Of a stretch of DNA of 64,000 nucleotides, positions 50,959-61,116 are shown in pieces (positions within the stretch are counted from its first letter, which is position 1; each line of letters starts with the position of its first letter). Both the position numbers and the translations under genes were made by a program. The stretch is from Squalus acanthias (taxonomy: Eukaryota): positions 15,438,001-15,502,000 of the forward strand of contig CM059449.1 of assembly GCA_030390025.1 (NCBI GenBank), in the 5' to 3' direction. The notes beneath the pieces were generated by a model. It was given only the letters and a program-made list of their open reading frames with translations, did not search any database and had not been told where the DNA came from.

Positions 50959-53900
50959 TTACATTATAATGTACCTGGAAAAGTAAACAAGAGGTCAGTA
51001 GGTTTAAAAATAACATAAAATAGCCCAAGTCATTTTGCTACATACCCGATTTGTTCTTCGGCACTTAGAGCTGTCAAAATTCCTCTCTATAAAGCATAGA
51101 AAAAAGAAAAAAGAAAGTCTTGCATTTATATAGCGCCTTTCACCACCTCAGGACGTCTGAAAGCGCTTCACATCCAATCAAGTACTTTTTGAAGTGTAAT
51201 CGCTGTTGTAATGTAGGAAACGCGGCAGCCAATTTGCGCACAGCAAGCTCCCACAAACAGCAATGTGATAATGGCCAGATAATCTGTTTCAGTGATGTTG
51301 GCCAGGACACCGGGGAGAAGCGCCAAGGGATCTTTTACGTCCAGCTGAGAGAGCAGACGGGGCCTCGTTCTGCTGTCTCATCTAAAAGACGGCATCGCTG
51401 ACAGTACTGCGCTGGGAGTGTCAGTCTAGATTTTTGTGCTCAAGTCTCTGGAAAGGGACTTGAAACCCACAACCTTCAATGATTTCAGAGGCGATGGTGC
51501 TATCAACAGAGCCACGGAAAATGACCCTGCATAATTTAATTTACTTGAACAGTGTATACAATACAATACAACATATTGTGCCTTAGAAATAGCGCTGTAA
51601 TGCTCTGTGGTATAATGCTATAGGATACAACATAACATGGTAGGAAACAGGAGAACGCAATGAAATAAAGTATACAGTAGGATGTACTGTATTGCACAAC
51701 AATAAAACGATGCAATTAGTATGGTCCAACATATAATACGCGACCACGCATATATAAAACAGCCTAAGGTTTTTCTGTGCGATATAGACGGTGTTCATAT
51801 CAGATTCCTAGGCCCACTATTTAAACTGTTTACTTTAAACTAATGGGAAAAGCAATTTGATATGAGCGCGCCAATCACTCGTACGAGAATAGGGTGATGT
51901 CCAGTCTAAACTACAATAATATATGATATATAATACAGCATAACATTGAAACGTACTTTCAAATATCATGTAATAATTCATCACAGAAAAAATCAGCATG
52001 TAGTAAGAAATTAAAAAAAAATTATATTAGCCATAAACCTTAACACTTCAAATTGAATTTGTGGCCAAGACGTCTAATATGTGTCACTCAATAGCCGTAC
52101 TGGAAGCAAGAGTTATTGAATCATAGAGTCAAACAGCACAGAAGGAGGCCATTCGGCCCAACCTGCCTGTGCCGGCTCTCTGAAAGAGCTATTAATCAAT
52201 CCCACTCCCCCCTGCTCTTTCCCCATAGCCCTGAAACAGTTCCCTTTTTAAGCATTTATCCAATTCCCTTTTGAAAGGTATTATTGACTCTGTTTCCACC
52301 ACCCTTTCAGGCAGCGCATTCCAGATCACAACAACTCACTGAGTAAATAAAAATTCTCCTAATTTCCCCTTCGCATGTTTTTGCCAGTATCTTAAATCTG
52401 TGCCCTCTGGTTGCCGACAGAATAATCAGACAGATCAATACTGAACTCTTGGTCAACGGATTATACCTGATAGATAAGAAAATTAACCACATTATCAATT
52501 AAAATCGAATTAAATCGAATGATTAAGCGTTCGGAGTTTATTAAAAATGACAGGTTGCTCACGTTTCTTTCTGTCACCCACCTGTTTCATGGATCACTGA
52601 GTAGAGCGGATCTGGACTGAAGCAAAAGAGGACATCAGAAAATGTAGGCATCCAAAACAATAAAATACATTAAAGAACAAGAAAGTGGCTTTCTTTTTAA
52701 AAAGAAGTAGATCTATGTAAACAGTTACCTGGTGGGTTGCTGAAGAGCGACTGTGAGGAGAGAAAGACAAAGACAGAAAAATTAAAGAGCTGAATTTATT
52801 GATTATATCTGCAAGAAGCAAATGAAATAATTGGTATCGAATGAAGTGAATTAAATTTTGGGGGCAATTTTAACCAAACCCGCGGAGAAGCGGACGGGAT
52901 CGGGTGCAACGTTTTGAAGCCAAATGAGAGCAATATTGGGCGGGTCTAAACCCGGCGCTCCTCCCGATTCCGTGCGTTTCCCGCCCGGTGAGTTCGGATA
53001 AAATTACCAGAGAATTTGCCAACCACATGAAATTCAGTAGAGGTATAATTTGTGCTGTTACCTCTCTTACGATGCCGGCTGATAACAACTATGACTATGA
53101 TGATGATGATGATGATGATGATCAGGAGAGGCACCGCTACCGCTGCATAGACGAGTGGTGGGATCATTGGTGCGGAATCGCCGTGGTTGCTTTCTCCACC
53201 ACCTGTGTGTAAATGTAAAGTTTATTTTGTGAGAAATAGTAGTGAAGAACAGGGCAATGGTCACATTGAGATTGAGGATCAGCAAATGGGACACAAATTC
53301 CCAATCCCCTTTGACATGCGGGGCTATTTCACACTGGCATACATCAAACTAGGCCACCGATCAAAACGCAAAATGTCACCAGTGGACAACTGGAGATATT
53401 CCCACCCTGGAAGTAACACTGGGAGAATTTTAATGTAGGGACGCTTAATGGGTTGGGGCCAGTTTCCTTTCTTTGAAATAGCGGAGGGTGAGGGTGGGGT
53501 TCGTGTGAGTTCTGTTAACATAGGAACAGGAGGGGGCCATTTAGCCCCTCCAGCCTGTTCCACCATTCAATGAGATCATGGCTGATTGCGACCTAACTAT
53601 ATATAACCGCCTTTTGCCCCATATCTCTTAATACATTTGTTTAACAAAACTCTATCAATCTCCGATTTAAAATTAAAAATTGATCCAGCATCAGTTGTCG
53701 TTTGCGGAAGAGAGTTCCAAACTTTTACCACCCTTTGTGTGTGTAGAAGTGTTTCCTAATATCACTCCTGAAAGGTTTAGCTCTAATTTTTAGACCCTGG
53801 AGATCCAATAGGTCCAGAGCACGAACGAGAAAATCTTCCCCTCGTATTTACGGGATGCTTAAGACAAATCGAACATCTGGAAATTAGAAGTGCCGAAACT

Positions 53901-56900
53901 GGGTGATCAACGTGGTTCTTCCGCGGACCCATCTTTGCATTTTGTTGGCGTGCAATGTTGTAATTTCTATTTACACACACAACTATATCCGTCACTACCT
54001 CCATTTACAGGATGACAGTGAAATCTAACTTATAATACATGTGTTGTTTGGTTTATTCCCAATATTGGTACGCGGTGATTTCAAGGCTCACATGTTGCTC
54101 TAATTACGGGGCTCCAGTCTTCGCCTCGCACACTGTAACTGGGTTGACTTCTTATCTATAGTCCTACCTAAAATTGTATACAGCAACTGAATGTCATTAA
54201 TATCCCCTCCATTTATTTATTTTAAAAGATAATTCTCGGGATACGGACGACGCTGGCGAGGCGGGCATGTTATTGCCCGACTATGGTTGACCCCTTGAGA
54301 AGGTGCTGGTGGGCCGCCTTCTTCTTGAACTGCTGCAGTCAGGTGTGGTGAAGGTTCTCCCGCCGTGCTGTAAGGGAGGCAGTTCCAGGATTTTGGAAGG
54401 AACAGCGACACAAGTCCAAGTCAGGATGGTGTGTGACTTGGCGGGGGACTTGGAGGTGATTGTGTTCCCCGGCGACTCCTGCCCTTGGCCTTCTTGGTGG
54501 TGCAGTTCGTGGGTTTCGGAGTTCCAATTGATCTGATGGAGAATTTACCTATACGGCCAATATTAACCCGAAGTAAAATCCCATATGACTGCGTGCAATT
54601 TCATTTGAAAGAATATCTCCACCAATCCAAACTTACTGTGTTGACGCCGTTCCACGGTCACTGTTGTCCCGGGTCCGTCTGCTGCAGCGAATCCCACGAG
54701 CTGCACTTTGCAGAAATAAAACCCGGTATCTTCCGGTTTCAGCTGGATTATTCTAATGGACGCGTTTTTCCTCTGGCTGAAATCCTCTGTACTTGCCCCG
54801 AACACCCTGCCTCTGTATTCCGCTGTATTGTTGGAAACTTCATTTCCCTGTTTGGTGCCTCGGTGCCACGTGTAACTGCCGATTCCTGTGGGACCCTCAT
54901 ATCTGCAGAGCAGGTCCGCTGTCTGGCCCGCGGTTTTGGTGAGTGATTGCGGGCTCTGAATTACGGTGATGTTTCCAACAGTAACTGCTGCAAGTGGGTA
55001 AAACAGACCATTTATACATATACAGGGCACTTCTTTGCTTTAAAGCAGGCCGTGGAAGGGCTGGTTTTAAGCAAATATTATTTCGGAAGATTTTTGATAA
55101 GGTATTCCTGATCTTTAACTTGAGGGAATAAAAGCAGAAAACATTGGATACGCTCAGCAGGCCAGGCAGCATCTGTGGAGAGAGAAACAGAGTCAACGTT
55201 TCAGGTCGACGACTTTTCGTCAGAACTGGAAAAAGTTGGAGATTTACCAGGTCTTAAGCAAGTGTCGGGGCAGGAAAAAGGGGGGAGGGGAGGAAAGAAC
55301 AAAAGGGAAGGTCTGTGATAGAGTGGAAGGCAGGAGTGATTAAATGACAAAAGGGATGATGGTACAAGTAAAAAGGAGATGGTAATGGGACAAGTAAAGG
55401 AACAAAAGATGGGTCTAGGAGAGGTTTAAATGTTTAACTTGAGGGATATTGGTGCTGGAGCTGGAGCGCCTTCGGTTTTTCGGCGCACTCCTCGGTCAAG
55501 TATAAAATGGATCTGGTACAAAGTACCTCTGTCCCGTTCCAGATAATAAGCATTCACTTTAATTTCAGTTCTCCCGATATTCTTTCTGTGTTGCCCCCGC
55601 TCTCATTAACACTTTGAGCGAGGGTGTGAAATGGGCAATCTCGAAGCCCGATGTTCTCTTCCATTTGGGGGTCATTTTAACTTTGGGTACTAAATGGGCG
55701 AGGTCGGGTCGGCTGCCTGAAATTACAACGGGCGGATGATCCGATGTCCCCCGTTTCACACGGTCGCAAACATTCAAAATCACCTCCTGGAAGTGAGGAG
55801 AAGTTAAGTCTTATCAGTCTGATCAGATTGGAAGTCAGATAATTGCTAAACCCCAGCGACCTTCACACTATTAATCAGCGGTGACTGGAGAATATGGAAA
55901 ATACAAACAGAATATTAATAGTCAAAATAATGAAACCGGCTAAATGTTACATGTAGCGACATTACAAATTGGATGAATGGTTTCCTACTTTGGGTATATG
56001 TTATACAATCGCAAATACCTCTTTAAAAATTGTTTACCGATAAGAGAAAATAGCCAATTATTTTGCGACCTCGTTGCACGCAGCAAGCAGCGCAACTCTT
56101 GCCCTGTGTTGATAACTAGAGAAAGGTTGTATCCAGTTAAATTACTATAAATAATAGGAATTGAACAAAAAAAATCATGCCTCCTGGAAACGGGTCTTTA
56201 CTGGAACACAGCCAGCACTGCAAATATTCACTGTTGTGGATAGAGAATATTGGCATTTTTGGTAGATGTAATATCATAGAATCATAGAATAGTACAGCAG
56301 AGAAGGAGGCCTTTCGGCCCATCGAGTCTGCGCCGGCTCTTTCCAAGAGCAATCCAGTTAGTCCCACTCCCCCGCTCTTTCCCTCTATCCCTGCAATATT
56401 TTTCATCATCAAGTATTTGTCCAATTCCCTTTTGAAGGCTACTATTGAATCTGTATCCACCACCCTATCAGGCAGAATACTAGGGCAATCTGTACTTCAG
56501 GGAGCAACATACATTGTGCTCTCCTGGACCAGATACAATAAACCTCTTTACCCGAGAGCTGATCCGTCTCTCACGTTTAGCTCTCTCCATCTCTCTCTGT
56601 CTTCCTCAGTCTCTCTTTCTCTCACACACACACACGCACGATTGTAACCCATTTCTCTCTCTCTCTCTTTTCCTATTCCTATCAATCACTTCTTGATTTA
56701 ACCCGTCTACCCTCCCACTATTTCCAACCTTGATGCTGTCATACGCCATGGGCCATGGGCCCTTCACTTAAATGCCTCAATTCAAAATAAGCAACCTCGA
56801 AAGCGTTAGCTTCTCTGTGGCGAGCCCTGGTTAACTGCGAGATTGATTATATTACCAGGACATTAATCATTACCACGGCGCTGAGATATTAAGATGGTTA

Positions 56901-57314
56901 ATCTCGCATCTATGAGAACGTCCGCACGAGCCTGATGTTTTTTAAATTGCAGGCGAGCTGGTCATGAATATAAAATGGTTTAAATCCACAATTTGGTGCT
57001 GTGATCAGCAAATATGGGATATCGGAATAAGATTTAACCAGATACACATATAAGTAAGAAAAAAATAGATGGGAGGACATCGCTATGGGTATCTAATATC
57101 TAATAAAGACATAGAATATTTCATTAAAGTCATAAGAAAATTATGGAAATTAAAATCAGTCCGTTTCAATAACCGGCGGCCGCTCCGCAACGCCAGCTTT
57201 ACGCCCAGGCGGCAAGTTGAAAATCTACCCCATATTCTTGAATGGACCTGATGTGTCAGAAATAAGCTTACCGGAGAACATAGCGAATGCCCAGGCAACT
57301 GCAGCCCAATTCAT
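50959..57314 (-). CDS. NCR3: Gene C: NKp30/NCR3-like receptor with uncharged TM and Tyr-motif tail
   Basis: Exons 57272-57314 (MNWAAVAWAFAMFS), 54637-54987 (V), 53062-53202 (TM), 52729-52750, 52582-52616 (PDPLYSVIHET), and probable 51046-51070 plus 50959-50974 (ALSAEEQIGYIIM*); all phase compatible. Confidence 0.78.
53062..53202 (-). CDS. Gene C stalk and TM exon
   Basis: 141 nt, phase 1-1; LVYAAVAVPLLIIIIIIIIIVIVVI followed by basic SRHRKR. Confidence 0.88.
54637..54987 (-). CDS. Gene C V-set Ig exon
   Basis: 351 nt, phase 1-1; ITVIQSP..LLC..IGSYTW..GNEVSNNTAEYRGRV..NASIRIIQLKPEDTGFYFCKVQLVG..GPGTTVTV. Confidence 0.93.
57272..57314 (-). CDS. Gene C signal-peptide exon
   Basis: 43 nt from ATG to G|gtaagc, hydrophobic, matches the gene A leader in length. 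Confidence 0.78.
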
Positions 57315-57492
57315 TCTCCCTCTCGGCGGCGATATCATTTCAGAAAAGAAATTCAGCTAGTGTACAGACAGGAATATTTAAGTAATGCAGCGGGAGAGTG
57401 AACCTGATTCAGAGTCCGGATGTGAGGGAATGGAAAAAAAATGAATTGCAAGCTGTTTATACAACCGCAGTTATCTCTCTCGCACATGGTTC

Positions 57493-57509
57493 TGTCTCTC
57501 TCTCTCTCG

Positions 57510-57541
<32 letters not shown>

Positions 57542-57560
57542 TACTCGCATTCTCTCTCAA
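57493..57560 (+). repeat. (CT)n(CA)n microsatellite upstream of gene C
   Basis: Directly visible. Confidence 0.9.
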
Positions 57561-57639
57561 GGACAGTTCGCAGCAGATACTCACACGCGGGGTAGATTCT
57601 TGACTTCACCTGTAACCTGGGTACGTAACTGACCACGGG

Positions 57640-58260
57640 ATAGGAGGGAGAGAGTCGTGGATGTTTTGTCACTGGTGAGAAGTATACAATGGGGTTCCCC
57701 AGTGATCGGTATTAGGATCATTGCTTTTCTTGTTACATAGAAAAGCTCTGGACTTGGGATCTGGAATTGAGCACAATTTCGAAATTTGTGGATGATGCAA
57801 TACTTGGTAACATAGTAAATATTAAGAGGGATGGAAGCAGACTTCAGGAGGACAGAGCCTGATGAAATGGGCAGGCACATGGCAGGCGCAATTTAATGTG
57901 GCTAAGTGTGAAGTGATGCACTTTGAGAGGAGCAACATGGAGAGGCACTGTGACCTAAATGGTGATATTTTGAGGGGGTGCAAGTGCAGAGAGACCTGGG
58001 TGTGCATATTCACAAATATCTGAAGGTGGCAGGGCAAGTTGACAAGGCGGGTAAGAATGCGTGTGGGATTCCTGGCTTTTTCAAGGGGCATTGAATGCAA
58101 AAACAAGGAAGTGAAGCTAAGCCTTTACTAATCACTGGTTAGGCCTCAGCTGGTGTATTGTGTACAATTCTAGGCACCAAACTTTAGGAAGAATGTCAAG
58201 GCCCTGGAGAGGCGGCACAGAACAGTTGGGGCGAATGACCTATTTCTGTGCTGTAAATTA
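57640..58260 (+). mobile_element. Decayed CR1 RT fragment
   Basis: Degenerate GVPQ/KFVDD/LVRPQL motifs. Confidence 0.7.
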
Positions 58261-59904
58261 CATCTCATTCTCTGCCCAAACATCGCACCATTAGCCTGCT
58301 CGCCTTGTACTAACAATCTGTAGCAGTTGCCAGATAAGAATTTGCCGTTCGTACCATTAGCTCTCATTATACTATCTGGTCTACACCATTGCCCTCATCA
58401 TTGGTGTCAAGACTGCACATCTGATGGACAAATCTAGGCCCACAGGGCGAGGAGCTCCTGGATTCAATGTACCGTTGACGAGATTGTTGGAGACCAGGAA
58501 AACAAGAGTTTGTAGGAATGCTGTCTTTAAACGTATGTCTCCTTGAGCCTGTTGGCAAAGAGAGCATATATGTGTTTATAGTACCGAGACACCTTGGTGA
58601 AGGACCAAGTCTCATAATGGAGAACATCCGCCAAGGTTCAAAGCAATCGGATGGGAATATTAAGGCCTCCAATGCCTATGATTTCGAAGGAGACTGGCTA
58701 AGTTCATGGAAAGGAAGGTTTTAAAGGCACGGGGCGGGATCGTCAGGAGAATAGGGTAAGAGTAGATAGCTCCTGTGCAAGAGCTATAGTGGGTGCATGC
58801 CCGATGGGGCGAATGACCTCCTATGCTGCAATTTCTATGATTCAGAGATCAAACAGAGCGTCCACATCCTATGAACAAATAAAAAAAAATCAAACAATCT
58901 CTAACATGTGCAGAGGCTGCTTGTTGCTCGGCAGAACCCAGCTCTACAGCTGCAGTAGAACTCGGCGTTCACAATTTCTCACCGTTCCACAAAGGATTGA
59001 GTCTGAAACAAGGTCGTGTGAGAGCATTTAATGGTGAAACTATAGTTAGCCAAAAGACGCTAGGCAGAGTAAACAGTGTGAGAGCGAAGGTCAGACTCCG
59101 GTAAAGGGACAAAGTTGTGTATTATGCTTCCGAAAATGAAATCAATCAACTCAATAATTCTCCATCGTTCAGGCAGCTTTGAATCGGCGATGAATGAAAT
59201 AATCCTCAAGAAGTAAATCTACTTCATCGATTCATCTGTCTATCTACCTATGAATTAGCTAACGAATAAGTGAATAAATCAATCGGCCATTCAATCGAGA
59301 GATTTACATTTAATCAAAAAGTCGAATAATCTATCGATCAGTCCACTGATCAGTAAATCAAGCAATGGCTCCTCAAACAATCGGAGAAACGCCAATCGTC
59401 ATTTGGCCAATCGGCTGATCGATTAACAGTGAATTAATCAATTGGTTTCAGTCAATGAATCAATCTTCCACTTATTCAAAAGATGAACCGTTAATTAATC
59501 CTAAATCAATCAAACAATTTTCAATCAATTCTCAGATGCTCCGACCTTCAGTCTACTAAACAATCCTCAATCGGTCAGTCAATCAATCCACTAATAAGTC
59601 AATTAGTGAATTAGTGAGCCGGCAAATACCTCAGTCAGTGAATGATTGAAACCACTGTTGTGAGCATTAGATCGTGGATCGGGAGGGGCGATGCTGTGCG
59701 TGTCACAGTCTGAGACAAGACAATTAACCACCCAGGAGTTGGTCAGTGTCCCAGTATTAAAACCACCATTACATTGTTGCCAATATTACCCCACAGCATT
59801 ACTACTTTGGAGTATTAACTGTATAGTTTACATGAAAATTCTTGAGAATAATTAATTGAAAACTCCACCACACTGTAGCCTACCCGCGTTTTCTCGTTCA
59901 GGAA

Positions 59905-60357
59905 GAAAAGAAGGAGTTGCATTTATATAGCGCCTTTCATCTCCTCAGGACTTCCCAAAGCGCTTTACGGCCAATGAAGTACTTTTTGGAGTGTAGTCAC
60001 TGTTGTAATGTAGGAAACGCGGCAGCTAAATTTGTGCAGAGCAAGCTCCCACAAACAGCAATGTGATCATCTGTTTTTTAGTGATGTTGATTGAGGGATA
60101 AATTTTGGCTCAGGACATGGAGAGAACTCCCCCTGCTCTTCTTCGAAATAGCGCCATGGGATCTTTTACATCCACCTGAGAGAGCAGACAGGGCCTCGGT
60201 TTAACGTATCATTCGAAAGAAGGCACATCCGACAGTGCAGCGCTCCATCAGTATTGCCACTGGAGTGTCAGCCTAGATTGTTGTGCTCAAGTCTCTGGAG
60301 TGAGACTTGAACCCACGACCTTCAGAGACTCGGGTGTTACCCGCTGAGCCACAGCTG
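59905..60357 (-). mobile_element. Deu-domain SINE (SacSINE1/AmnSINE1-like)
   Basis: ctgtggctcag head, aaagatcccatgg..gaagaagagcaggg core, gaaaggcgctatataaatgcaa tail; other copies at 51115-51515(-) and 20420-20600(+, partial). Confidence 0.8.
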
Positions 60358-61116
60358 AATCCTAAACGGGTCCTGTTCCTTAAATTTACTTCACACGCAC
60401 ATAGTCCGAGTTGCCTTTTCAGTTTAACTAAGTGAGTTTTCCTTTCCCGATCGTTGCTTTCTTTGAAGAATTTTTCACATTGCGTGTACACACATATAGT
60501 TATATACATAACTCTAACTGCAACAGCAGTGCTGGGCTGACTGGGCGTGTATGAGCGCACGTGTGTGAGAGAAAGATCTGTACAGATTGTGTACGTGCGA
60601 ATCAGAAGGATAGTAAGGGCTTTCTGCACAGAGTATCTGACAGCTTGTCAGGGGCTGCAGCGACCTGCGAGCTATTGAGGTTCGTGGCCCTGGTATCAGT
60701 CAACACGTAGACTCGGCTCTGCGGCCAGCTACGTGCCTAGACTGAAGCTGTGCCGGCGCCGAGCGCTTCGCTCCACAGTCCAACCTGTTAACCTCAGCGA
60801 GTATTTTGAAAACTCGCAGGTTAAATTCTACATTTATTCTGGCGAGATAGACAACTGACGGAAATTTGTTCATCGCTGAACGCTACAGATCGTGAGGTGT
60901 GAACTGTGGGTGGGTAACTGCCAAGAATCATCTCGCAAATATTTCCACTGCTTTAGTGTGAGGCCCCTTTTGCCTTAAAGCAAAACTAGAGGCCAATGAT
61001 ATATCAAATAGGGAATGCAGAAGAAACTTCTCATAGAATCCTAGAATGGTTAACTGCACTTTGGGACGCTGCAGGTCAGATGTTAGCTCGTGGTGTCCTG
61101 CGGAGCAAGATTCAAA

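Noticed and set aside
51583-51798. ORF with a TVYI motif inside gene C
   Set aside because: No convincing acceptor/donor pair; AT-rich low-complexity context.
53324-53566. ITIM-like LMYASV at the end of a minus-strand ORF
   Set aside because: It lies in the intron upstream of the TM exon, the ORF starts in a CR1 tail, and it has no fitting splice sites.
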